A DNA stretch of 63,638 bases, the filler included, from Sphacelaria rigidula (Eukaryota), in the NCBI GenBank assembly GCA_964200075.2. It is 5 parts of 5 records of this genome, joined end to end, with 100 filler letters (N's around TTAATTAATTAA, not from the genome) between each part and the next. Parts side by side here need not be neighbours in the genome. Positions count along the whole stretch, not along the records: positions 12,751 to 25,399 come from CAXNAA020003536.1; positions 25,500 to 38,146 come from CAXNAA020003538.1; 3 more parts are not named here. The stretch is one strand, 5' to 3'. Positions 23,996 through 38,246 of the stretch are shown in pieces (position 1 is the first letter of the stretch; each line of letters begins with the position of its first letter). Position numbers and translations under genes: made by a program. Under the pieces are notes generated by a model that ran no database searches, was not told the origin of the DNA, and saw only the letters and a list, made by a program, of their open reading frames with translations.

Positions 23996-25399
23996 CTATG
24001 AACGTTTGATTTTTACTTCTTGATTTGTTCACCGTTTTTTTGGGGTCCGATGGGATCCAAGTCGTTTTTCGAAGTAGTCTCCATTTTGGGACCCCGGAAA
24101 ACCGGTACTACAACTTTTGTTTCCCGCTTTGTCGTGAACAAGCTGCCGCCGCATGAATCAAGGAAGGGCCCCACGAAATGCCGTTGCAAAACTCGATAAA
24201 CTGATGCCTCAATTTCCATGTTCACGTCAAAGAACGCCCGAAAACGCCGTTTTCGTACTAAAATCAAGTATGCCGTTTCACCGCGGCATATCAAAGTTCA
24301 TCCATCACACGAAAGCGAAAAATCTCACGCCGTTTGAAAACGTTAGATCCTGAAATTTTGCACAACTATGCTATGGGTCATTACGCAACTTTGGATGAAC
24401 CAGGTTTTTGTAGTTATTGCTTCTTTACCCTTTTACGGGGAGCCGATTGGATCGATGTTTCCCCGTAAAAATTGGGACCCCTGAAAAACGGTTAAAAAAG
24501 TCAAATTCGAAAACCTTGACCTTCAAAGATGAATACGAGGTTTTTGCTCGATGCCTAGCGCATATCAAGACAGGGGTGATGGTTTGAATCAGGCTCAAGA
24601 ATTATAGCCATGGCCAGCGTATGAAATCTTTCGATTTTGGTGTTATTCTGAGGCACCCCAGTGATTCAGATGTAGAACAGAGCTTTCGAGTGACACCAAA
24701 AACACGGTCGGTAGTGAAGACCACCGCTACTCCCGAGACCACCGAAATGGTTTGGAAGCACTATGCCAAACAATCATGCATCAGCTTGAACGCACAATTC
24801 GCCAGATGTCATCATATCAACAAACAACCAATCCATCTACCTGGAGAGTTGAGTTGATGTACAATAATCGTGCTTTTTCCTTCGGGGCCTTTTCGTTGGC
24901 ACATGACGAGCGCATGTCACAGAAACTTTGTGCACCTCCAACTTTGAACCCAAGAGCCTGGCACGGCGAAAGAAGGCAGGCGGCTCAAGAGGTACATGCA
25001 ACGATATATCGCTATCGCCTTTCGCAAAGGATGTCTGTACGCTATATAGAGTACTGCCACTATTCAACAAGTGTCAGCATCTACGGCATGCCCACCTCGA
25101 AGCAGTTTGCGCTGCATCCACGGCGAGATGTGGTGTCCTACCAAATCTCCAACAGGGCCACCTGGTGCGCCAGAGCGTGCGGACGAAGTGCAGAATAAAG
25201 TACAAACACAATTATAAATCCATGATGACAGCAGGACGACATCCTCACGTCGCGTCTCCGACGACACGTGCGCTGGCGATAGTCACCTCACAGAAAAACG
25301 ACACAAAACTTTACCCCTGCAACTAACAACAAATTGTGCGAATTGAGGTTTACCTTTGAGATGAGGCTCGAGCCTAAAACAGTGCTTTCCCCACACTTT

Positions 25400-25499
25400 N
25401 NNNNNNNNNNNNNNNNNNNNNNNNNNNNNNNNNNNNNNNNNNNTTAATTAATTAANNNNNNNNNNNNNNNNNNNNNNNNNNNNNNNNNNNNNNNNNNNN
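25400..25499. other. Artificial contig-joining spacer
   Basis: N44-TTAATTAATTAA-N44. Confidence 0.97.
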
Positions 25500-25858
25500 T
25501 GTTGTGTTGTCGTCCCATTTATTCTGGGCGCCAGTCTACCCCTTTCGGGATGTGTGGGCAAATCAGCCGGGGTCACACAGGAGGAATGTCAACACAGAAG
25601 ATTTTTTTTTTTTCTAATACCCCACCTTCCTCCTGCGGTGCTCGCCTTTTATTTTTTTATCGCGAGAGGGGTTCAGCAGCCCCTCTCCCTCGTCGACCCT
25701 TAGGTCAAATTTTGTGTACCCACGCCATACCCACGACATAGTCGCTCTCCATTGTTGAGGATGGTATAAATACAAATCCCAGATCGCTCCGGGAATCAAA
25801 CCCCACAACTCAACCATCAGAAAGTTACGAGGTTACCAACTGAGCCACCGGGGCGACC
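25500..25858 (-). mobile_element. Full-length tRNA-derived SINE at contig edge
   Basis: Reverse complement begins GGTCGCCCCGGTGGCTCAGTTGGTAACCTCG and is colinear with 6548-6900. Confidence 0.85.
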
Positions 25859-25863
25859 GGCTC

Positions 25864-25936
25864 ATAATAATAATGATAATGATAATAACAATAGTAATAG
25901 TAATAGTAATAGTAACAGTAATCGTAATAGTAATAA
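25864..25936. repeat. (AAT)n/(AATAGT)n simple repeat
   Basis: Direct reading. Confidence 0.85.
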
Positions 25937-25944
25937 CGTGGGTG

Positions 25945-27289
25945 CCAATGTATTCACGGGTCAATTCCTATTCGATGTTATAAGTATGGTGTACGCTCTG
26001 AGAAAGATCCAGACGCGATGGGTGCCGGAGCCCGTGCAGATTGGGAAAAGCTCCAAAGGGGGCCGCAGAAGTTCGCGTGCATTACTCCGGAAAGTTGTCG
26101 AATGCGTTTGACATACAGTATATATATGTATTCTGGTCAGAAAATGTGGTGACAGAAGAGGCGACCCGGTATAAATGCTTCCTGATACCTATCTGGTCAC
26201 CGGCGCGGGGCCGTCCATCCCCTTTCCAGCATGTAATATAAATATCTTGGCTAAACATTACGACGACAGAAAACGCGGGTCGATATGCGCCTTTTGGTAC
26301 CCCTATGGTCACCGGGGCTGTGTTGCTTATACCCTGGACAATATAATATGTTCCAACATGATACCAACACTTTGTATTGGTGCTAGCGAAAAGACTGTCC
26401 TTTCAATATATATTGTGTCGAGATGTCCTCGGAGATATTGAAGCAACAACATATATTGCTTGTGTCATCATCATGAAGTAATGCATGTCAATATATATTG
26501 GACATGCAGTAGCTCCGTGAATAAAACATTCAATATATATTGTGCATCCTGGCCGTGTGTGTATTAAAGTGTCAACATATATTGAGTCGAGGCGATGCGT
26601 AGCATATTGTTACCATAATATATATTGAACGCAAACCATGCAGAACTATTGTTTTTCTAATATATATTGCGCACGTTGATCGGATAGCTATTGTGCAGCC
26701 AATATATATTGAACACGCTTGCGGAGGAATACTTTGAGCATTTTCGGCATGTAAAATACGTCTTTGAATGGCGCCTGCGAACAAAGAACTGCCCACTATA
26801 CTAATTCCAATACATTTTACAATCTATATATTGAAAATCAATATATTTTGCTACACCAACATGTGTTGTGACCGTCGGTTCCCTCGTGTATTGTCCGCCC
26901 AATATATATTGGACGCATCGACGCACGACATATTGGGGCGGCAATACATATTGGCGCTTCGGATGTCGAGTATATTGAATCGTCAATATATGTTGACCTC
27001 GGGTGGCAACCAATGTATTTCTCGACAAATATATATTGGTGCCTTCTCGCACCAACATATTACTCGGCCAATATTTGTTGAGGTGGCGCGTGTCGTGATA
27101 TATTGTTCGGTCGATATATATTGCATGTCCCGAGCCTTAACATATTGATGGCACAATATATGTTGACCCTCTCTCGTGTCATCATATTGCTCGCCCAATA
27201 TATATTGACCACCCGACGCCTCGATATATTAAGCGGGCAATATATATATATATATATAATATATATTATATTGTATTGTCCAGGGTGTG
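25945..27289. mobile_element. Second, left-truncated copy of the CACACCCTGG TIR element
   Basis: Colinear with ~21315-22671. Right TIR ATATTGTATTGTCCAGGGTGTG. Confidence 0.85.
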
Positions 27290-30200
27290 CACCGGTTACA
27301 ACCGTAACCGCGAGGGGACGGAACCACCCCATCCCCGGGGTTTCTAACTTTGTGGTGCGCGCGTACCGCCAGTACGTGGTTGTATGTCCCTGACCCTCGT
27401 GTTCTGTGCGTTTTTCCAAGAATAAATGATTGTTGTACGATACCCAGTGCACCTGCACCTGGTGCTGTGGCCTGATAGGTACAGAGCGCAGAAAGTACCG
27501 ACTTCTGAGCGAACAACAAGCAGTTTATGGCTTTCATTTTTTCTTTTTTTAGTTTAGAACCAAGAAAAATGACCAAGTAGAAAACGAGTTCCATGTGCTA
27601 CGACCATGCGCACTCAATAAACCACGACGGACATTATATCTGCTACTCTGCAACGCTTACACTTGACTACCATCCTGCCCTGGTTGGTCGCTTGTTGTGT
27701 GATGGTAACCAGCTGCACGATTGCTGCGCGGCCCTCAAGACAATCGGGCTAATTAGAAATGGAGATGGGGGTCTGCAGGGATCCCCATGGGCCAGATGCC
27801 ATGGTGTATGTGGTGTGCCGTCTACTGTTGCTGCTGTGTGCTGTGTGCTGTGTGCTGTTGTGCTGTGTGAAAATTTTGAAAAGGGGGGGGGGGGCTGGTG
27901 GTGGCATCCGGGATAGGGGGGGGGGCTCCGTCACTCGAAACACCGGGTATAGCCCTGGGATAACCGTTCAACCCACCCGCCAACTCCATGACCGGTTATC
28001 ACCGGTTACGGGTTTTCCCCATCCTTGCTTATAATGCTCAAGCGCATACCCTTTTTTACCCCTTTACCCTTTTTTGTGCAAGTGGTGACCGTACCCCCGA
28101 CCCCGCAGAAGATACACCGGACAATCACAATCAACCCATTTGTTGTGAATTACACCCCACCGAAAGGCCAAAATCCAACGACCGAGAAAATTGTAGCCCC
28201 CTGCTGGTTGGCCCGTACACCCGGAAGATACGACGATGAATCCAGGACGCGAATACTTGTATTCTGAACCTCACAAAGATCAAACGAACATGGGTAATGC
28301 CGCTCGGGTCTGTGTTCGTGGGCTATTATTTCACTAGCTGCAGCTGCAATAGTACAACGAGAGCGGAAGAATATGTACATGTAGTTGAGACGATGAAGCA
28401 CGCGAGTAAGATTAAATCATGCTCGAGGTGTGTCAGTGTTGCCCGGTCAGTACGCCGTGTTCACTGGAGAGCGACAGCACGGTGACTGTTTCATACCGTT
28501 GTACGTCTTCAGCCGCTGATGGAAAAAAGCTCGCATCATGTATGTACGGCAGAGTAGCAGCAGCACAAACGATGAACCAAGGGGGGAGACAGTTGAGAAG
28601 ATGTGACGTGCATGAATGATCAACAAACGCTCAAGGTGTGGCAGGCCTACACTGACAGCACCAGGACTGCTGCGAAAGCATGGATAGTAGCACAGGATGT
28701 ATGTTGGTTGCATATTTCGAGTCAGTGGCGACTGTCAGCGTGCGCCGCTCGAAAATCATAAGAAGCATGTGCCCATGGAAACTGGAAAGTGCTCAGGGAC
28801 GAGGTACATAGTAGCTCTGCAGTCTACTGCGAGCTCACAACCGGTCAGAGGTTTTCTTGGACTACCTTCTATGTATATATGCCACAAAACCACATGTTCT
28901 TGAAAAATGGACTTCGTCCGGTGAAAAACCAACTTATTTGAACCCCAAGTATGGCGTGGTCTGTCGGATCCATCCGAGGGGGGTCGCAGTCAAAGGGTTA
29001 TGAGCTCGTACCGTCAGTTGGTTGATTCACTCGTTGAAGAACCTCCTTGGGAATACATCATTCGAAGTAACGCTGAGTCTGACCCCAACCACAGATACCG
29101 TGAACCTTCGGGCAAGGAGAGTGCAGAGGGTGCTCTAGGCAAAGTGTTCGTTGGCAGACGTCAAACCGGGGGCTGCGGCGCCGAGTGGGATTGAAACGCG
29201 TTCTGCTCACGCTGCGGTAAGAGCACTTGGGACTGTCAGCCCCACTAAAGATCCGAAGGTCAGTGTACACACTAAAATCAAGTAATGATATTTCATGAAA
29301 GTTTTCACACGTCGGACAGATCATGATCTGTTTGAAACATCTGATCGAAAAAGACTCTCAAATCCGTCGATCAAAAAACACAAAATATGTAGCCGTGGAG
29401 TCAGATAAGCCGAGGCGCAACCTTAGCGCTACTGGGTGTGCTCGGCGTCCGGCGCCGCTAGGAGCAAACATGATATCACCATGGACAGAGAACAGCAGGG
29501 AAAAGTGCACCCAAACAGCAGGAAAACGTGCACTCTGTAGAGTATCCAATTAAATCCCTATTGCGAAGTATCTACGAAATGTAGCTACTGGACCTTATCG
29601 GGTGTTGTATACCCTCCACGCGTGCTGTCCAATGCGAAATTTCAACCATTCCGAAAACCCAAGCGTACGATTGATTTCGGTGACAGCACCGCCATCACGC
29701 TATCTGTGTCTCATATCTTGATAATTATGCGCCCAAACTCAAACCAAGACAAAGACGCGTGTGACAGCGTGTGAAACGCACAAGCTGGGTATCGGAGTGT
29801 TGCAACTTGCTGAACAATCGTACGTGCAGTCAGGCTCGGGGATGGACGGGGTTGGGGTGATGGTGTTCACCCCCTGCCCCCGCCCCTCACGAACGACCTA
29901 AAGCGCGTCTCGTTGGCTGGTCGCCAGTGCAGAAAATGGCACACGTAATCAAAATCAACCACGTCGCTTCAAAACTCTCAGGAGAGTGCATTCATTCCGA
30001 CACACCTCACCAGTCGCGGTCAGTACTACACCAGTATTGTACACAGTTTTGTTTCGTCATCAGTAGTGTAGAGGCGGTATTTCGGAAGGTTGGGCGTTTT
30101 GGCACAGCGCACTTGGCGTCTGATGACACTGGAACTTCAAGCATGTATAGGTTGAGACCGCAGGCAGGTTTGCCTCAACAGTACCGGCGGCCCCAGGCGG

Positions 30201-32452
30201 TTTGTGCGCTGCGTGCGTAGGTTGAAAGGATGATTATGCACCATGCTGCCCCTTCGCTTTGAAATGCTTTCACTTTCGAACGACAATTGTGATGGGCAAG
30301 ATATCGACGCGGAAGCAGCGGCTGGCCTAGTTGTTTGGGTTGGACCACGCGGCGGTTGACGGGAAGCTCGGAGGAACACAGATAGCGATCATCAGTCAGG
30401 CTTTGTCGTATGGTTGAGGCTGCTTGCCCCAATTTGTTTTATCAAGTCTCGGGCAAGATGTGGCCGTACAGTCGAGTCGAAAAGAGCAATGTACTATGCC
30501 AAGGACCACCCTGAAGCCGTTCGGGATGGGGACAACGTCCTCTTACAGACAGTACCATGACTTGCGTGGGCGACATTACGACAGACTGATCACTACGGGG
30601 GCGGTTGCTTGTGTCTTCTAGTCCGAAGAGTCAAAACCAAGTTGCGAAGTTTGTCGGGCGGGCTCCCGCGTGAATGTCACGAGTTTTTTTCGACATGCAC
30701 CTGATCGGCCTTTTTGGCGGAGTTTTCTTCGATTGACTTGCTCTCAAAGTGGGATCGAGGGCATTCGTCAGTTCTCACGGAATGGTAGCTAGAATTCCAG
30801 CCCTGCCCAGGTGTGACTCGCGTCGTACAGTCAGTCCAGTCCTGCCGACTCGAAGTACACAGTGCCAATTTCGTCGAATTTTCGCGTGGGATGGTTCGTT
30901 TGTCGTGTGTAAAGCCTTTTCCTCCGTACATAGTAACATGCATCCCTTGTCATCCGAGCGCCGCAGCCACCGGTCTTGCCAGCAGTTCAGCTTGACGTGC
31001 TGATGTGCGCACCTCTCTTCATGGAAGATGTGTCCCTGTCGCCCCAGCACAGTTTACGCTGTGAAGCATGACGGTGTCAAAGGAAATCCGCGTCCTAGAT
31101 ACGAAGAAACCCTAAAGGGTCTCGTTGTGAGGAAACAATGATGTCATAAGGCTCAGCGCAGCATGGCATCGCACCCCACCGTATTGTATTCATATGCTCA
31201 TCGTATTTATCCCTCCACCGACAGATATATCTCCCAGCTCGAAGTCATGGCAGCAACGACGTTTCTTGGGGAGTGATATCCAGAAACGAGCGTACGATAC
31301 AGCACAGTGCAGTGAATGTGCGGCAGATGTACCATCGGAAGCCAGGTGCACACTATTTTAGTCTCGTGCGCAGTAGTTGTTTGCGGCCTATTGCCCCCAA
31401 TCACCTTGCTACGAGGGGCACGAGTGGCAGCTTCTGTCATTGCTGAGCGTTGCAGCGGTTGCGTTCGCTCGGTTCATGTGATCTCTCAGATGCCCGTCAG
31501 TGTTCGTACATTCACTATTACGTGTGTCTACGGAGGACTAGCCCGCTCGCTTTGCAGAGGGTTTCCGCAATTTGTCTTCGTCTGAAAATGAATTAAAATA
31601 GCTCAGCAGATTTCGACGTGCTTTGCGAATAAACAAGAAGTGAGGTATACCCCGGAGAGGATCAAACCCCGATACAACATCCGTGTGTTTGCACAGCCTG
31701 GATAATGGCAGTAGACTACACTGTAAAGAGTGTACTACGTACATAATGAAAGCTGTTGTCTATTCACGGTAAGGTTTGGATGGTGACTGATCACCCCGGT
31801 AACCATTGGTACAGGAAGCAGCCACAGCGATAATGTATGGTGTTTTGTTTTCGAGAGTATTTTCTTCAGCGCGTGACAACCCACCATTGTAGCCTACATC
31901 TAAATATTCAAACAACACGTAATCGTTCGTGGACTTGTTCTTTGCATAACTCAGATGCAAGCTTAGCCTACTGAACACAGGCAATCTCTCACAACCAACA
32001 GAAGAAATACGACAAACTGAATCCAGAGCTATACCCAGTGATATCAAGCACTTGTTCAGGGACCAGAAACCGTGGGAGACATGGTCATTATCTTCCAGAC
32101 AGAAGATTGAAGTGCTCACCTTTGGTCGCGTGTGTTTTCGTGTGGTGCGTATTATAGTACAGTCAGGCTTAACTACGCGCGTGTCCACAAACTGGTGAAC
32201 TGTAGAGCCCTTGGAAACAAAAATTGGGAAACAAAGGTCATGCAGAAAGATTCTAAGAAAAAAGGAAGTGGTCTGGTGGGCATTGAAAGTTCGGCCTGTG
32301 CATCAGAGATTGCAGACGTTTTCCTCTGTCCGAATGAGGTGAAGTGATATTGACTGTCTTTCGCAATTCCTTCCTTGCTCTCCTGTACAGCAGTTCGGCG
32401 CAATATATTTGTGCGGTTTTTGTGAAGGTGGGAAGGAGGAACCACACGAATG

Positions 32453-32753
32453 AACAATGTTTTCGTGAGATTGAGAGTAGCGGATACGATTGAGAGTGAA
32501 AAGCGGTCAATCAGTGAATGAATCGCTTCAGATCTGAAGTGTTCCTCCACGAGGCCCAATATGCTTTCTGTAGTACCTTGCCACTGAAGCCCTCGATATC
32601 CCTGAGTAGGATATCGACGTGTAGCTGTGAGTATACGCCAGAGATATAGGCGAACAAAAGCACACACAAAATGAAAAAATGACGAAGTTGAAGCGAATGA
32701 TCAAAGCCACTTTCAATCAGCGCTCTACTCTCAATCTCACGAAAACGTTGTTA
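32453..32753. mobile_element. MITE, uninterrupted copy of the 2540-3045 family
   Basis: TIRs AACAATGTTTTCGTGAGATTGAGAGTAG / CTACTCTCAATCTCACGAAAACGTTGTT. Confidence 0.8.
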
Positions 32754-35700
32754 CTAGCAGTATTTGCGCGGGTATTGTTTGGACGGGAACGGGAGCATAT
32801 GATTTGCTCGGTAACGGTTTGAATTGGAACCGGAGCACTTGATTCGCTTGGTAGCGGTTGGGATGGAAGTGATATTTGTGGTTCATCAGTGTAACGTTCC
32901 ATTCACCAACTGCTGTGGTTTTGCTATATATAAGTATAAACCACGTCGGGAAAATAGCGAAATAAGCCCATGTAGTCTCGTAGTTTTGCACATGGTGACG
33001 AATGTTGGATTTTAGGCTGTACTCTGAACGCATGACTCCGATTTATCCTCGAGGAACTCCAACGCGCAGCGACCGTGGCCGTTTCTGCAAACGATTGACA
33101 TGTACGACGAATACGAAGGGGAGAATCAAGAGCGGCAATAGCTAAGTTCGTTGAACTATGGTCAATGTCGTGCGGGAGCGTTTGGTCATTATTCAGTCAA
33201 CGGTACCAAAATGCAAGTCAAGTACCGGGAGGGAGAGGGATGGGCAGATCCATGTAGAACACGGACTCGTCCCAAAGAAGGAGAGGAGGTGGAAGTTAAT
33301 ATAAAAGATTCGGAGTTGAGACTTCGGAGCCAAATGAGATAGCGTCGGATGAGAGGGGGCAGAGTTTGTCGCTGCTCTAGTTTACCCCCTACCCCTCTTC
33401 CTCCCCTCGCCCGTGTATTGACCAACTCCTTGGTGTTGCCAGAGACTGCTGCTGTCGTTCTGCGTTGCTTTTCACCTCACCAAGGGTACGCATACACCCT
33501 CCGAAGCATGAGCGTTCTGAGGCATTTGACCTCTCTTCTCATGGAATACAAATACATTTTGGAGGCATTTGATACGTTCTCTTGGATAAACTTGTCGCGA
33601 CCTGTCCTTCACGTCGCCACGTTACAGTTATCTTGGAGGCATCCGTTAGCGTGAACACATGCAGCAGTGCGTCGACTTTTGAATTTTAGATTCGTGCTCT
33701 ATTCCGTATACATCAATTCATAGTGTCAGAGTGCTTCTCGCTCGCCGTCGGATCGCTCCACCTAACTCCATGACACCCTCCGGAAGCACAGGGCGGGCGG
33801 GTTGAGAAACGATTCTGATCCTCACTGCACTACAGAACAGTACTCAACTTGTGCGGCCGTTTCACAATTGAACTCCCCGCCCTCGATTCGGGAACTGACT
33901 GGCTGTTCAGGCCGGCGTTCCGTGCGTATACTAGTGCGTCTGCTCTCAGCGGATTAGCTGATACTCGCTTCGATGTTCGGTATCACAGGGAAATGCATAC
34001 GAAGATCTGACCCTTTCAGGCCCTGTCCAGCACTCGTCACCTCGAACAAGTGATGACTTATGTTAATTCAATTGAGTTCCATTGGTTTTGGAGAAGCCAT
34101 CCCGTTCCCACGAATCACGTATACCCTCGATCATCAATATGTCGACTTATTCTCGCTTTCGAGTTGGTGCATTGATGAGGCCCTGCCCAACGGGCAGGTA
34201 TGAGGCGTGGAAAGCATTTTGAATGAAAGCCAACCACCCCCGCAGGTGGGTGCCAACAAAAATTAACAACCCCAACTGGCAGTACCCTCGGTCCCTGCCA
34301 GCTAACATACCACCTTGCTGGTTTTCGAGCAGGGACATCTCCTCTACATCCATTTCTTCCGTCGTTCTCGTCAGGCTTTGAATGTACATACACTCTTCAC
34401 TCGTCGCTGCTGCAGACGCCTTTTTTTAATTCTTGATTAACGCGTGTATGCTTCAACATCTCACAGCTCACTCCGATGGGGGTTCCTCTCCAGGTTGCTT
34501 TCCCCCCCCAACCGATGCCCGTCCTACGGCACGAGACGCCCCCTTCGTATTCCAGCTTTTCCCTATCACGTGTAGCCCAGAAGCATCGGAATTCCGTCTT
34601 TCTGCACTACATCGGGCGATGCTCCTATTGCTGAAAGTCGAGAAGCCCTGCCGATACGTAAGGAGTACAGCACGTACTCGTAGGAGTCCGCTCCCGCCGC
34701 CGTTACCATCATTCTTGAAGCTTTTGATGCTTTACTCTGGGCCAACCAGGCTACCACCCCTTCGCCCCGTATACGTGATGAACAGTGCAACCCGAGGTAA
34801 ATCCCGCATACAAGGAAGCAATGCCACTTGAACGTGAGCCGCTTCCGGGCTCGGAGCCCGTCCGCTATCGCAACCATAATTCTCGCCGCGTTCTGTACGT
34901 TTCATCATCACCCTCACACTCATCTGTTCACCTCTGATGGCACGCAAGCGCACCTCTACACAGGCGACCGAAAACCATGACGGTCATTAGGTTTGCCGCG
35001 TGTCGTGAAGCAACGCCACATGTTCCCGTCACGAACAATATATATGGTGTGCTCGATCGGCACTTTCAGCCATTACTTCTGGTTCACAAGCCAACAAGAA
35101 AAACGACACTCTGAGACCTGATGGCAAATACCCGACCCCCAGCTTCCTACTGCGACGCCAGTTGTTCGGCTGCGCATGGTGCCGTCCAAGATACTGGCGG
35201 CCGCCACCGCGGCTGACTTCCTACTTCTGGGAAACTACGCTTCGACCCCTTAGAGCACTCTTCACCCCGACAAGTATCCGATAGGCGAATCCAGGTGCAA
35301 TACTCCGTCGATACTGCTTCACATTTCATTCGAATATTTCACGGCTGCAAAATGAGTTGCAGTTGAGTTGACTCGTAACCCGTACGCTGAACGAGCGTAA
35401 GGCAGAAGTGCGTTCACATTCTCCATGTTTTTCTCCCCTGGGCACAAACCCTGGGTTCCCCATGTCGTGTCGGAAGCGAGTGAGTGACCCGATGTATCCT
35501 TAGAAAGTCTGTTTTAGACGGTCGCGCAATGGGTATTCCAGGGATCTCGAATCCAAATTGTGGCAGTAAAGTCGATGCCCCTGGTCCCCGACCATCTCTT
35601 CATGCCATGGGACACTGGAACGCAAGGCAATCATGTCGGTGGCAATAGAATCTCTCGACCACCGCGGAATACCGTTTGCTTAATCGTTTAGTGCACTAGG

Positions 35701-38056
35701 GACTCGCTTGGCTTCGGAATACCATGAGGTAGATACTTCGAGTACCCGAGGTACCGCGTAAGTATTCCTGCTCTCGGTTCGTTGTCCCCTGGCACTTCTT
35801 GATGTATTACACGGCGGAGCTATGATCTCCCCCTAACAGGACGCAATGTTTGACATCTTCACTTGTTTTTTATTTGTAGGAAGATCACGATCGACCACGC
35901 AGACATGACCGTTCCCGCTTATTCGAGCACATTCGTAGGGGATTTATTTTTGTCATGGACTTCGTGGCCGTGAACGAGCTGTCGCTGGTCATGCGTCGAA
36001 TAATATCGTCACCAAATGTCAGCTTCTGCACAAACCGCCAATCACCGACGCTGATGCGCCTAACAAGGACGACAGTGCTGGCACTCGCGGCAACACTTGC
36101 TATCAGATCCCCGGTAGCTGTTAGCTCATCGGAGGCCACCAATCTCCGAAAACCCGTGAAATTCCGCCCCATGTAATATTCGCCGGTTCCGGTTAGCTGA
36201 GCACACGGCAAATTCTCTCATTTTCACGTCGACCTTGTGTGCCGAAGATAATTCCACAGATCGCAACAATAGTCATATAGTGAACTATCCTGGTCGTATC
36301 AGGGTGGCGTATTTACCGTGGAACAGCGATGTGGCTGGCAGCCCCCGACATCGGTTCCCGGTGGACAGGGACCGGTACAATGCCCCTATCACGTTTTATC
36401 GTGACCGTGGCTCCTCACCACGCCGATCGGCGGGCATTTGATGCACGAGCACCGCGAAAATACGTATGACTAGGTGAGTATTCACGCGCAGAGGCCGCCG
36501 ATAGCCAGTTCAGAGAACCAATCCACTCCGCCATCAAACTGCAGCCGGAGATCAGACACCATCACATCATCCACATCATAGCTGAGAATGTCTTCACCTG
36601 AAAAATCCATAGGCACTCGTCTGTATACCCCTCTCGCATCTTTCCTACTAATTGCGGGACACGCAGCTCCACCCCGGGACCGCTGTAGATGCGAACTTTG
36701 CAGCATCATATCCTCATGCACGTAGCCCAGTAGCCCTGAAGGCGCACATGCAGAATCCATGTCTGCATTACCACTCGTGCTCCCATCCGGGTCATTTTTC
36801 ATTTCTGGGATTGAAAGGTCATGAGTCGTACGAGAATCATCTCACCGACTCCGACCGGAAATGTATGCATGTGATCATTTTCGTTGCCGCGTGTTTTGTC
36901 AAACTCAATCGTTGTCATTGGTCGCGTCTCTTCTCACCCTTGACCGCAACTTGTGGGCATGCGGAATAGTGCTTTGTGATTTCCGTACTCCACTGTCGAG
37001 ATCTTTTTAACCTCCTTCACATCCAGCGTAACCCCCGATTCCGACGTGCGCAGTAGTCGATGTATCTTAAGAACTGTTGTCCGCCCCCCCCGGACCAATG
37101 TGGCATACGCTCGACGTCGGTATGCAGCGCAAAGTGCGAAGAACCAGCATCATCAACCGAACGACCGACGTTTCCCCCGTTGGCGCCAGTGAGTTAGACA
37201 CAACCCATGGGATCACTCGTAATTGTTCTACACCGTACAGCAGACTAAGCTGGTGTTTCCAACTTGCGATGAATTCAGCAGTCCAGGCTGATGTTCGTGA
37301 CATGTGATCGATTTCAGCGTTTCACGAGGGAATGTGCAGCCCCAGCACACTATTCTCCGAACGAATAACCAGGTGATACTGTACACACATCGGTTTCGCG
37401 AGCCCTCAACGATCCTGGCACGAGCGACGCGCGCTCGCCAATGGTCTGGCCTGCCTGCATCAGCGCCTTGGGAACTAAAGGGTTGGATAAACGAGCAAAA
37501 AACAAAAACGTTCGACATTGCTTGATCAATCCATGGCGACCATGTGTCACGACCAAAAACATGAGGAACGTTTGAAGAAAGAGCGTACTGCCTGAAGAGC
37601 GTACTGCCTTGGCGCGTGTGCTCTCGACAATTCTGAATACCTCACGATTCAACTTCTGTCCCCGCCCGAAATAAAGCACTCAGTCGAAAATGACCGGAGT
37701 TCGAAGGAATAATCTACCACACAGCGTAGAGAAAACGATCAAAGTGTCTTGATTGTTTTGCATGTAGATGGTAGCCTTCAATGAGTTGCTTCATTTTGTG
37801 GTACCGCCACAGCCAGAGATGGCCAGGGTGACACATTGCCTAATCATGGGTGTGTCGGGATTTGAACACTACGTAGTACCGTCATCCCGTTCGCTCGGAA
37901 TTGAGATTCTCCCACCCTGCACAACATGAACCACCATCATGGTTACCGCAACAAAGACGCAAGCGATAAAAAAACGGTAACCTGGTTAACTAGTCTACAC
38001 AGTAACAGACAGGCCTGACAGCGTCGTTGCCAACCGACGTTAATACTTAAGCAGGA

Positions 38057-38131
38057 GGGGGGGCGTACTCATTTTTTTCTTGCCTTGATCGATTGACCAA
38101 CGATCACGCATCCCTTTTGAGACAGAGCACC
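38057..38131 (-). mobile_element. Retroelement 3' tail fragment ending in ATGAGTACG-(C)n
   Basis: Reverse complement matches 5880-5954. Confidence 0.6.
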
Positions 38132-38146
38132 TAAGAGGGCAGGGGG

Positions 38147-38246
38147 NNNNNNNNNNNNNNNNNNNNNNNNNNNNNNNNNNNNNNNNNNNNTTAATTAATT
38201 AANNNNNNNNNNNNNNNNNNNNNNNNNNNNNNNNNNNNNNNNNNNN
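38147..38246. other. Artificial contig-joining spacer
   Basis: N44-TTAATTAATTAA-N44. Confidence 0.97.

Noticed and set aside
20985-27289. True CRISPR array
   Set aside because: Eukaryotic context, no cas genes, degenerate repeats, 17-nt spacers conserved between copies, bounded by TIRs. Reported as a transposon array instead
31760-32188. 142-aa ORF with DYVLFEYLD, kinase-like?
   Set aside because: No other kinase motifs and no convincing splice sites
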